Assembly (NCBI GenBank): GCA_964634265.1
Contig: CAZWIM010000003.1
Coordinates: 138,541-202,540 of the forward strand
Source: an uncultured Chitinophaga sp.
Lineage (GTDB): Bacteria; Bacteroidota; Bacteroidia; Chitinophagales; Chitinophagaceae
Direction: 5' to 3'
Length of the DNA stretch: 64,000 nucleotides
The notes under the pieces are model-generated. The model was not told where the DNA came from, searched no databases, and saw only the letters and a list, made by a program, of their open reading frames with translations. Made by a program: the position numbers and the translations under genes. Numbering within the stretch: position 1 is the stretch's first letter; every line of letters begins with the position of its first letter. Shown one piece after another: positions 18,127-26,288 of the stretch.

Positions 18127-20130
18127 TTATTTCTTTTGAGTGGTGTCTTTGGGGGTAACTGGGGCTGTTTTACCAGTACTGAATGTAAGCGGCACATTCG
18201 ACCCGGCAGGGCTTACTCTTACATACCCTTGCATTTCCTGGTGCAGTGCAGAGCAGAAGTCTGTGCAATACATGGGGTATATACCCACTTTTTCTGGTTT
18301 CCATGCCAATGTTTGAGTTTCACCAGGCATGATCAACAGTTCGGCGTTATTAGCACCTTTAACTGCAAAGCCATGCGGCACATCCCAGTCCTGTTCCAGG
18401 TTAGTAACATGGAAGTAAACAATGTCGCCCAGTTTTACACCTTCGATATTGTCAGGAGTGAAGTGAGAGCGGATAGAGGTCATGTACACATGTATTTCAT
18501 TACCTTTTCTTTCCACTCTTGCATTGTTATCACCCAATGCAGCATAAGGGTTTTTGTTTTCTTCGATTTTATAGATCTTGGTTGAATTCTTCATGATCAG
18601 TTCAGCAGGAATGGCTTCAGCATAGTGCGGCTCACCAATTGTGGGGAAGTCAAGCAATAGCTTCATTTTTTCACCGCTGATGTCATATAACTGGGCACTT
18701 TGTGTCAGTTCAGGACCTGTAGGCAGGTAACGGTCTTTTGTGATTTTGTTGTAAGCAATTACATATTTGCCATGTGGTTTTTTAGTAGGACCACCGGGCA
18801 CACAGAGGTGACCAATTGAGTAATACGTAGGTACACGGTCAACCACTTTCAGGTCTTTAATATTCCATTTTACTATCTCAGATGATACGAAGAAAGAGGT
18901 ATAGGCATTACCTTTTGCATCAAATTCTGTATGCAAAGGGCCTAATCCTGGTTTTTGTACCTCACCATGTAAAACAGCTTCATATTTTAAAACAGGTATA
19001 CCATCAAAGTTGCCATCAAAATTCTTCTGGGCTATTGCTTCCTGGATTTTGGTGAAAGAAAATACCGGTATTACGGCTGCCAGTTTACCACTGCCTACAA
19101 TATACTCACCGGTAGGATCGGTATCACAACCGTGGGGTGATTTGGGGCAAGGCATATAATACACCATATCGGGGCAATCTTTTGGATCAAGTACCAGTAC
19201 TTCATTTTCCATAGTTGAAGTGGCAGAATGAGTGCTTTCATTATACACATTATGTGCATACTTCACGGCTTTCTTAACTCCTTTGCCTGCTTTTGCATAC
19301 TCTTCTGCTTTTTTCCAGTTCACTGCCATAATAAAATCTTTGTCTTTCTGGGAAGCATTCACTTCCAGCAGTGTATTGGCTTTTTCAGAATTGTAACAGC
19401 TAAAGAACATCCAGCCAGCAGATTTGCCTTTGCCGGCACGGGCAAGGTCATAATTTACACCCGGGGTAAGTATCTGGAAAGCGATATTCATGTTGCCGGA
19501 AGTTTTATCAATGCCGATAAAACTTACAGTTCCTTTAAAGTTCTCTTTGTATGTTTCAATGGGTACATCTTGTTTATCACCAATAGGAATACTGAAACGG
19601 GTACCAGCCACAACGTACTCGGAATTCTCAGTTATGAACGGAGAAGAGTGGTTGCCGGCACTGTTGGGAATTTCAATAATTTCTGCTGTTCTGAATGTTT
19701 TAAGGTCAATGCGGGCAATACGAGGAGTGTTATTAGCATTACCAAATGCCCAGCGACCGTCATGCTCTCCGTTCGTAACAGACAGTGCTATGTGGTGCAG
19801 ATCATCCCAGGGTACAAAACCATGTGATGTGTTCAACATAGGTTTGGATTCTTCACTGTAGCCCCAGCCTTTTTCAGGATCAACGGAAAAAACGGGTATA
19901 ACACGGAACAAACGTCCTGATGGTAAACCATACACAGACATTTGCCCGCTGAAACCACCGGAAACAAAGTTGTAGAATTCATCATATTTACCGGGGGCAA
20001 CGTAAACCTTGGAAGCAGCATTTCCGCTTACGGCTGATTGCGATCCTTTGGGTTTACAGCCCTGCATGAACACCAATCCAGTCGTTAATAACAGGAATGG
20101 TATTGTTGTTCTTAAAAATTTGTGTTTCAT
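18127..20130 (-). CDS. nosZ: Clade II (Sec-dependent) nitrous oxide reductase
   Basis: No twin-Arg signal; lipoprotein-like signal ...FMQGC; CuZ His motifs DLHH, GNH, PHG, GPLHT, GHL, EPH; CuA motif H...CTDFCSALHQEM. Confidence 0.97.
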   Translation of the reverse strand: MKHKFLRTTIPFLLLTTGLVFMQGCKPKGSQSAVSGNAASKVYVAPGKYDEFYNFVSGGFSGQMSVYGLPSGRLFRVIPVFSVDPEKGWGYSEESKPMLNTSHGFVPWDDLHHIALSVTNGEHDGRWAFGNANNTPRIARIDLKTFRTAEIIEIPNSAGNHSSPFITENSEYVVAGTRFSIPIGDKQDVPIETYKENFKGTVSFIGIDKTSGNMNIAFQILTPGVNYDLARAGKGKSAGWMFFSCYNSEKANTLLEVNASQKDKDFIMAVNWKKAEEYAKAGKGVKKAVKYAHNVYNESTHSATSTMENEVLVLDPKDCPDMVYYMPCPKSPHGCDTDPTGEYIVGSGKLAAVIPVFSFTKIQEAIAQKNFDGNFDGIPVLKYEAVLHGEVQKPGLGPLHTEFDAKGNAYTSFFVSSEIVKWNIKDLKVVDRVPTYYSIGHLCVPGGPTKKPHGKYVIAYNKITKDRYLPTGPELTQSAQLYDISGEKMKLLLDFPTIGEPHYAEAIPAELIMKNSTKIYKIEENKNPYAALGDNNARVERKGNEIHVYMTSIRSHFTPDNIEGVKLGDIVYFHVTNLEQDWDVPHGFAVKGANNAELLIMPGETQTLAWKPEKVGIYPMYCTDFCSALHQEMQGYVRVSPAGSNVPLTFSTGKTAPVTPKDTTQKK

Positions 20131-20194
20131 AATATGTATTTAGCAGTTTTGAAAAGAGGTTCCTTTGCTTCCGTTGGTTCTTGTTTTGGTTCTT

Positions 20195-20665
20195 TTATTT
20201 TTCACCGTCATTGCTGCGCATGAACTCCAGTACTTTCCTTGCGTCCTCTTTAGCGATGTTTTGATTCGGCATTCTCACCATACACTGTTCCAGTAATTTT
20301 TGTGCTTCGGCATCACTTTCAAGCATCATGTCAACATTGGTGATCATATTCATGATCCAAAGAGGCTTTCTTCTTTTGGTAACATCTTTCCATCCGGGAC
20401 CCACCAGTTTTTCTTCAGTAAGGCGATGGCAAGACTGACATTTCAACTCATAAGTGCTTTTTCCGGCGCTGACCATTGCCTGGTCTAAAGGGGTATTTAA
20501 AGTGATATCCCCTTCTTTTAATTCTGTGCCATGAACTTCAGGTTGGTTCTTGGTCAGGTCTTGTACATCAACAGGTTTTTCATCTTTTTTTACACCTTCA
20601 TTGCAGGCAAATAAAAAAGCGCCGCCGGCGATTAATACAAGGGCCGAAAGTTTGAGTGATTTCAT
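20195..20665 (-). CDS. Monoheme cytochrome c lipoprotein (NosC-like, first gene of nos operon)
   Basis: Lipobox LFAC; CQSCH; VRMP. Confidence 0.9.
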   Translation of the reverse strand: MKSLKLSALVLIAGGAFLFACNEGVKKDEKPVDVQDLTKNQPEVHGTELKEGDITLNTPLDQAMVSAGKSTYELKCQSCHRLTEEKLVGPGWKDVTKRRKPLWIMNMITNVDMMLESDAEAQKLLEQCMVRMPNQNIAKEDARKVLEFMRSNDGEK

Positions 20666-20726
20666 GTTTAATTTTTTAGTGATTAGATGATATAATTCTT
20701 TAAACTAAAGTTACATGGTTTTTAAA

Positions 20727-20744
20727 AAAGACATCGATGTCTTT
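20727..20744. promoter_or_regulatory. Candidate Rrf2 operator 1
   Basis: Perfect palindrome AAAGAC-ATCGAT-GTCTTT immediately downstream of the predicted nos -7 element. Confidence 0.65.
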
Positions 20745-20752
20745 AATGGGGT

Positions 20753-20818
20753 CAAAAGTATCAGGGAGTAAAACTGTATAATATGACAACCATCAAATAA
20801 TCAGCTGATATTTATCAC
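20753..20818 (-). promoter_or_regulatory. Tandem FNR-like boxes plus -7 element (nos promoter, possibly bidirectional)
   Basis: ATGAC-AACC-ATCAA 20783-20796 and CTGAT-ATTT-ATCAC 20805-20818; TACTTTTG 20760->20753; degenerate TTTTTTTG 20841-20848 at the mirror position on the + strand. Confidence 0.8.
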
Positions 20819-20825
20819 CTTGAAA

Positions 20826-20843
20826 TAGGACAGCTTGGTCTTT
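20826..20843. promoter_or_regulatory. Candidate Rrf2 operator 2 (autoregulatory)
   Basis: TAGGAC-AGCTTG-GTCTTT, same GAC-N6-GTC core as operator 1, overlapping the rrf2 promoter. Confidence 0.55.
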
Positions 20844-20852
20844 TTTTGCAAA

Positions 20853-21293
20853 ATGGTATGTTCTAAGTCTTTTGGATATGCTCTAAGGGGGATACTTTAT
20901 GTTGCATTGATGAATGATCAGAAGCCCCGGGTACAGGTAGAAGAAATAGCTGAAAAGCTATCTGTACCCAAGCATTACCTGGGTAAGATTATGAAGCAGG
21001 TGGTGAAAGAAGGTATCCTATCATCTACAAAAGGTCCTTATGGCGGTTTTTCTTTAAATGAAACTACGCTTTCAAGTCCTTTGATTAATATCCTTAAGAT
21101 CACAGATGGGTTTGAACAATTCAATACCTGTGTGCTAAGATTAAGAAAATGCAATTCCAGCCGTCCTTGTCCGCTTCATGACCAGATTGAAGCTAACAGG
21201 AAGCAATGGTTACAAATATTTTCTAAAACCAGTATAGGAGACCTTTTGAACAAAGATGAAGTCAGCTTCCTGGAAGGGCTGGCAACTATTTAA
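20853..21293 (+). CDS. Rrf2-family transcriptional regulator (Fe-S type, possibly NO-responsive)
   Basis: SKSFGYALR, STKGPYGGF wing, CVLRLRKCNSSRPCPLH; ATG 20853 preferred over TTG 20835. Confidence 0.9.
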   Translation: MVCSKSFGYALRGILYVALMNDQKPRVQVEEIAEKLSVPKHYLGKIMKQVVKEGILSSTKGPYGGFSLNETTLSSPLINILKITDGFEQFNTCVLRLRKCNSSRPCPLHDQIEANRKQWLQIFSKTSIGDLLNKDEVSFLEGLATI

Positions 21294-21305
21294 AGTCAGA
21301 AAGAC

Positions 21306-21371
21306 GATATAAAAATCATTCTCCGGCCTGATTTAAGTCAGGTCAGCAGCATATTACATATTCTAATTTGC
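21306..21371 (+). promoter_or_regulatory. Tandem FNR-like boxes plus -7 element (ric promoter)
   Basis: GATAT-AAAA-ATCAT 21306-21319 (half site) and CTGAT-TTAA-GTCAG 21328-21341; TAATTTGC 21364-21371. Confidence 0.65.
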
Positions 21372-21408
21372 CTCCAAATTTTCTTTTTAAAAAAGAAATG
21401 AGAGTATT

Positions 21409-22164
21409 ATGTTTTTGAAGCCATTACGAATAGAACCAACTTCATTTGTAACAGATATTGTAACGGCTGATTACCGGACTGCAGAAGTATTTCGTAAATA
21501 CGATATCGAATACTGCTGTGGCGGAAGATGGCCGTTAGAAATGGTTTGCCATGCAAAAGGACTTAATATAAACGACCTCACCAGGGAATTGGAGCAGTCA
21601 ATTCGCTCTGTACAGGTGCCCAATTCATTGCCTTTTAATGAATGGCATATTGATTTTTTAGCTGATTATATTGTAAATGTTCATCATCATTATTTGCGTA
21701 CACAGCTTCCTGAAATAAAGGAACTGATCCGGAAGTTTTCAGAGGAGCATTTAAAAAAATATCCTTTTTTGCAGGAGGTTGAAAAAATATTCCTCCAATT
21801 ATATAAGGAAATGATTCCTCACCTGAAGCAAGAAGAAGAGATCATTTTCCCTTATATACGACAGATAGCTCATGCCTATGAAAGCAGTGAGTCTTATGCC
21901 AGTTTGCTGGTAAGAACACTTCGCAAACCTGTGGAAGAAGTAATGAACCACGAACATGCTTCCGTGGTGAGATCAGTACATCGTATCAGGGAACTTACAA
22001 ATGATTACACTCCTCCGCCAAATGCCTGTGTTAGTCATAAGGTCACATTCTCTAAATTGAAAGAACTGGATAACGACCTGATGCAGCATATGCACCTGGA
22101 GAATAACATCCTCTTTCCCCGGGCTATTGAAATGGAAAAAATCTTGTTAGCCACAAAGGATTAG
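21409..22164 (+). CDS. ric: Iron-sulfur cluster repair di-iron protein (Ric/YtfE/ScdA)
   Basis: DYRTAEVFRKYDIEYCCGG, HHHYLR, HLKQEE, EH, HMHLENNILFP. Confidence 0.95.
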   Translation: MFLKPLRIEPTSFVTDIVTADYRTAEVFRKYDIEYCCGGRWPLEMVCHAKGLNINDLTRELEQSIRSVQVPNSLPFNEWHIDFLADYIVNVHHHYLRTQLPEIKELIRKFSEEHLKKYPFLQEVEKIFLQLYKEMIPHLKQEEEIIFPYIRQIAHAYESSESYASLLVRTLRKPVEEVMNHEHASVVRSVHRIRELTNDYTPPPNACVSHKVTFSKLKELDNDLMQHMHLENNILFPRAIEMEKILLATKD

Positions 22165-22229
22165 AATCGTTGGTTATCACATTTTTTCTCTCAGCTCCTT
22201 TTCCTTAATTTGCTGCTTTTTAAGAGCTT

Positions 22230-23477
22230 ATGCATCTTGACGCAGCACATATGACATCTCTGTTCGAGAATGCTACAGAGGGAATTATTTTGGTAAATCA
22301 ACAAGGGGAGATTGTATTGGCCAATCCTTCTGCTGGCCGGATGTTTGGCTATGAACCGGACGAACTGATCGGACAACAAATTGAAATACTTATTCCTGAG
22401 AGGTTCAGTACTCATCACCATCATCACAGAGATGGGTTTTATCAAAAACCATCAAACAGGGTTATGGGGCAGGGCCGGGATCTGTATGGTAAAAGAAAAG
22501 ATGGCACTGACCTGCCCGTGGAAGTTAGTCTGAGCCATTATAAAAAGGAGGATCAGCTTTTTGTGATTGCCTTCATTGTTGATATTACAAAGCGGAAAGA
22601 AATAGAAAGCAGCATGCTTCAGCAAAAGCGGGAGCTGGAAAAGATCACCGATAAAATACGGCAGCTTAATGCCAGCCTGGAAGTAAAGGTAGAAGAACGG
22701 ACACTTATATTGAAAGAAGCATTGCAGAAGCTTGAGCAGTCACAATTGGAACTGAGTGAAGCACTGGATAAAGAAAGACAACTGAATGAGATCAAAAGCC
22801 GCTTTGTTTCAATGGCGTCTCATGAGTTCAGGACACCGCTGAGTACTGTTCTTTCTTCGGCATCATTGCTGTCTAAATACAAAACAGGAGAAGAACAGGA
22901 GAAAAGGGATAAACATATTCAGCGGATCAAGAATTCAGTCAATCACTTAAATGACATACTGGAGGACTTCCTTTCTTTGGGCAAACTGAATGAAGGAAAA
23001 GTTGATAAAGTAGCCGACCAGGTTTCCCTTAAGGAAGTAATACTTGATACAATGGATGAGATGAGGGGCATTTTGAAAAAAGATCAATACTTTGATTTCC
23101 AGTGTGATTCTGATTGTAATGCCTGTACGGATAAAAAGCTATTCAAAAATATCCTTATCAACCTGATCAGCAATGCCAGTAAGTTTTCCGACGAAGGAAA
23201 GAAAATCCTTATCAAGAGCAAGGTAGAAGATGATAATGTTATTGTCTCCGTTATTGATGAGGGAATTGGTATATCCGAAGAGGATCAGCTGCATCTTTTT
23301 TCCAGCTTCTTCCGTGGGGCCAATGCTACCAATATCCAGGGCACCGGCCTAGGATTGCACATTGTGAAGAGTTATATTGATCTGCTGGGAGGGGATGTAA
23401 GATTAAAGAGTACGTTAAATACAGGAACAACAATTACCTTTACGGTTCCTGTAAATTTACTTGAAAAGGAAGAATAG
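22230..23477 (+). CDS. PAS-domain sensor histidine kinase (FixL/DosP-like PAS)
   Basis: PAS with HHHHHR..F...P..RVMGQGRDLYGKRKDG; SHEFRTPL H-box; NLISNASKFS; DEGIG; GTGLGL. Confidence 0.92.
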   Translation: MHLDAAHMTSLFENATEGIILVNQQGEIVLANPSAGRMFGYEPDELIGQQIEILIPERFSTHHHHHRDGFYQKPSNRVMGQGRDLYGKRKDGTDLPVEVSLSHYKKEDQLFVIAFIVDITKRKEIESSMLQQKRELEKITDKIRQLNASLEVKVEERTLILKEALQKLEQSQLELSEALDKERQLNEIKSRFVSMASHEFRTPLSTVLSSASLLSKYKTGEEQEKRDKHIQRIKNSVNHLNDILEDFLSLGKLNEGKVDKVADQVSLKEVILDTMDEMRGILKKDQYFDFQCDSDCNACTDKKLFKNILINLISNASKFSDEGKKILIKSKVEDDNVIVSVIDEGIGISEEDQLHLFSSFFRGANATNIQGTGLGLHIVKSYIDLLGGDVRLKSTLNTGTTITFTVPVNLLEKEE

Positions 23478-23512
23478 ATAACCTGTTGCTATAACCAACA
23501 AAAAACCAACAC

Positions 23513-24568
23513 ATGAAATCAATACTGGTAATAGATGACAACCCCGATATCAGGGAGAATACCGCAGAAATCCTGGAGCTGGCAGGATATAAAACCCTGA
23601 CAGCTGAAAATGGTAAGAAGGGTGTTGAGTTAGCCCAAAAAGAAAAACCAGATGTTATTGTTTGTGATATAATGATGCCTGAACTTGACGGGTATGGTGT
23701 GTTGCACCTGCTCAGAAAGAACCCGGAAACAGAGCAAATCCCATTTTTATTTCTTACTGCTAAAACAGAGAGAAGTGATTTTCGCAAAGGGATGGAAATG
23801 GGAGCTGATGATTATATTACCAAGCCATTCGAAGACATCGAATTACTGAATGCCATAGAAACCCGTCTTCGCAAAGCGGCGATCATGGATAATAAGTATG
23901 CCGCATCTCATCAAGGTATCAACCAGTTCATTAAGGATGTAAAAAATTCAGGACTGATGAGCCAGCTGGCTGATCAGTACGATGTAGAAGTTTATACAAA
24001 GAAGCAGACACTTTACCAGGAGGGAAAACGGCCAAGGTTCCTCTATTACCTGGTCAAGGGCAAGGTGAAAGGATTTAAGACACATGAAGATGGTAAGGAA
24101 TATATAACGGATCTGTTCAGCGATGGCGACTTTATTGGCTATCCTGCTTTAATTGAGGATAAAAACTATGATGATTCTGCTGTTATCCTTGAAGATGCAG
24201 AGATCATGCAGATACCCAGGGAAGATTTTCTGCAAATGATCTACGGCAATATAGATATCGCAGCTAAGTTTATCCGGATTATTACACAGAATGTTAAAGA
24301 AAAAGAAGACAGGCTGCTGAACCTTGCTTACAGCTCGTTAAGAAAAAGAGTAGCAAAAGCGTTGGTGGATATACATGGTAAATTCAACGCAGAAAACCCT
24401 AGTAAGCCCCTTGAGATTTCAAGAGAAGATTTTGCGCATTATGTAGGAACGGCTACGGAATCCCTTATCCGTACACTTAGCGATTTCAAGTCCGAGAAAC
24501 TCATCGAAATAAAAGATGGAAAAATATCTATCATCAATTTAGATAAGCTCAAAAACTTATTATTTTAA
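23513..24568 (+). CDS. Response regulator with REC plus Crp/Fnr (cNMP + HTH) domains
   Basis: ILVIDD, CDIMMP, KPF receiver; Crp fold; HTH GTATESLIRTLSDF. Confidence 0.92.
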   Translation: MKSILVIDDNPDIRENTAEILELAGYKTLTAENGKKGVELAQKEKPDVIVCDIMMPELDGYGVLHLLRKNPETEQIPFLFLTAKTERSDFRKGMEMGADDYITKPFEDIELLNAIETRLRKAAIMDNKYAASHQGINQFIKDVKNSGLMSQLADQYDVEVYTKKQTLYQEGKRPRFLYYLVKGKVKGFKTHEDGKEYITDLFSDGDFIGYPALIEDKNYDDSAVILEDAEIMQIPREDFLQMIYGNIDIAAKFIRIITQNVKEKEDRLLNLAYSSLRKRVAKALVDIHGKFNAENPSKPLEISREDFAHYVGTATESLIRTLSDFKSEKLIEIKDGKISIINLDKLKNLLF

Positions 24569-24569
24569 A

Positions 24570-24602
24570 TAAAACCCTCCGCATTGCGGAGGGTTTTTCT
24601 TT
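24570..24602. terminator. Terminator between convergent regulator and hsp20 genes
   Basis: AAACCCTCCGCA-T-TGCGGAGGGTTT flanked by A/T tracts. Confidence 0.88.
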
Positions 24603-24626
24603 TCATCAGGGTATGTCCCTGTACGA

Positions 24627-25079
24627 TCAGTTTACAGAGATGTTTTTAACCTTTTTAGGTTCTTTTACTTCCATTTTTGGGATCATGATCTTCAACTCTC
24701 CGTTCTTGTACTCAGCATTGATCTTGCCATAATCGCAGTTTTCAGGTAATGAAAAACTGCGGCTCCAGCTGCTGTAATTGTACTCCCTGCGGTTGTAGCG
24801 TCCGTTCTTTTCTTCTTTTTCTTCCCTTTCATGTTCAGCACTGATGGTCAGCATGTCGTCAAAAGCTTCTACCTTGAAATCTTTCTTTTCAAGGCCCGGC
24901 GCTGCTATAGCCAGCCTGAACTCAGTGTCTGTTTCTGTTACGTTTACAGCCGGAACATTCATCACCTTGCCAAAATTGAAAAACTCATCCAGCGGAGCGT
25001 TGAAAAACTTGTCCATCCAGCCTTTGTCAAACAAAGTTGGCCAGGAAGTTCTGGGTTTGTCAACAGCTTTAGTTTCCAT
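24627..25079 (-). CDS. Hsp20/alpha-crystallin small heat shock protein
   Basis: PAVNVTET, APGL, RREYNYSSWSRSFSLP, YKNGELKIMIPK; likely start METKAV. Confidence 0.95.
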   Translation of the reverse strand: METKAVDKPRTSWPTLFDKGWMDKFFNAPLDEFFNFGKVMNVPAVNVTETDTEFRLAIAAPGLEKKDFKVEAFDDMLTISAEHEREEKEEKNGRYNRREYNYSSWSRSFSLPENCDYGKINAEYKNGELKIMIPKMEVKEPKKVKNISVN

Positions 25080-25119
25080 AAAACTGAGTTTTAAGGTGAT
25101 CATTAATTCCAATTCAGGA

Positions 25120-25186
25120 GAAAGTTATTTTGAGATCTCAGCGAGAAACAATGACAGACGTAAGTTGTAATACTGATTTTTGTCAG
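25120..25186 (-). promoter_or_regulatory. Tandem FNR-like boxes plus -7 element (hsp20 promoter)
   Basis: ATGAC-AGAC-GTAAG 25151-25164 and CTGAT-TTTT-GTCAG 25173-25186; TAACTTTC 25127->25120. Confidence 0.7.
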
Positions 25187-25226
25187 CAATGCTGGAAAAA
25201 GTGATTAAGTAAAATATTAGCTGATA

Positions 25227-25646
25227 TTAGCTGAAAGCATCCCTGTTAATATCATAGTCATCAGGAGGCAATTCTTTATCTTTTCCGTTCGTTATTTCCC
25301 TCCCATGATTATTTTGCTGCTGAAGGGTCCAGTTGTCAGTCATGGTCGTTTCAAGCCAAAGGTTACCTGATTTTCTAAAGACCTGTACAGCAAGATTGAA
25401 TTTATCTTTAAATAGTTTTTCCAGTTCGTTCACTTTCATATCTTCTTCAATCTCAATGACACCGCCTTGCAGTGAAAGATTATTGTCGCCCAGTTTTCGG
25501 TTATGCGGGATAATCTGTTTTACAGAAAAGTCTGACCGGGAAAAGGACTTATTATTGAAGAATTCAATTTTCAGGAACGGAAATGCACTATTGAAATCCT
25601 TTTGGATCTCACTAATCAGCCGCTCAGGTGCAATGTACAACTCCAT
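25227..25646 (-). CDS. Hypothetical cytoplasmic protein with internal duplication
   Basis: ORF 25227..25667, likely start MELY (25646); two homologous halves. Confidence 0.75.
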   Translation of the reverse strand: MELYIAPERLISEIQKDFNSAFPFLKIEFFNNKSFSRSDFSVKQIIPHNRKLGDNNLSLQGGVIEIEEDMKVNELEKLFKDKFNLAVQVFRKSGNLWLETTMTDNWTLQQQNNHGREITNGKDKELPPDDYDINRDAFS

Positions 25647-25769
25647 ATTCACTGAATTAGTAAACATAGTTTAATGAAATGTCAGATACCTGCCCAGTAT
25701 ACCCAAAGGGTTCTCGCTTAGCTCCTACTAACACTATTGATAAGGGCATAAAGAGAAGGTTATTTATGA

Positions 25770-25835
25770 CGAAGCTAACCTCCTCCTTAGCGGATGTGAA
25801 TGATGCAAATAATACAACAGGATGATTTTCATCAC
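25770..25835 (-). promoter_or_regulatory. Tandem FNR-like boxes plus -7 element (hypothetical gene promoter)
   Basis: ATGAT-GCAA-ATAAT 25800-25813 and ATGAT-TTTC-ATCAC 25822-25835; TAGCTTCG 25777->25770. Confidence 0.75.
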
Positions 25836-25844
25836 TGAGCAGAG

Positions 25845-26228
25845 TCATTCGAAAAACTCATCAAGGTCACGTCTTTGTTTCTTGGTTGGGCGTCCAACTT
25901 TACTTAACCGCTTGCCGGTATGGAAACTGGCCGCCTGGAATTGCAACCTTTGCAGTTCTTCTTCAGGAGTGATATCTAAATAATAATTGATCGCTTCACT
26001 ATAAGCAACCCTGTTATACAGCAGGCCTGTCACTTTAATACGCCATCTTTTGGCTTCCGTTTTTACTTCATACTCATCGCCAACGGATACATTCTTTGCA
26101 GCTTTTGCCTGCATACCTTCATATTTCACTTTACCGGTATCGCAAGCAGCAGCAGCAGCTGTTCTTGTTTTGAACAAACGGATCGACCATAGGTATTTAT
26201 CAAGCCGTAATTTTTCTTTGGAAGGCAT
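25845..26228 (-). CDS. hslR: S4-domain RNA-binding heat shock protein (Hsp15)
   Basis: RLDKYLWSIRLFKTR, GRPTKKQRR. Confidence 0.92.
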   Translation of the reverse strand: MPSKEKLRLDKYLWSIRLFKTRTAAAAACDTGKVKYEGMQAKAAKNVSVGDEYEVKTEAKRWRIKVTGLLYNRVAYSEAINYYLDITPEEELQRLQFQAASFHTGKRLSKVGRPTKKQRRDLDEFFE

Positions 26229-26241
26229 ACTCAAAAATAAA

Positions 26242-26268
26242 AAACCTCATCTAAAAGTGATGAGGTTT
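26242..26268 (-). terminator. Terminator after M20 peptidase gene
   Basis: AAACCTCATC-TAAAAGT-GATGAGGTTT with T-tract on the minus strand. Confidence 0.75.
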
Positions 26269-26288
26269 AAAAAGTATAAAAGCAGATC

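Noticed and set aside
22161-22213. Possible FNR-like half sites upstream of the PAS kinase gene
   Set aside because: ATCAC (22176-22180) and CTCAG (22190-22194) lack matching left halves and do not fit the 22/23-bp geometry.
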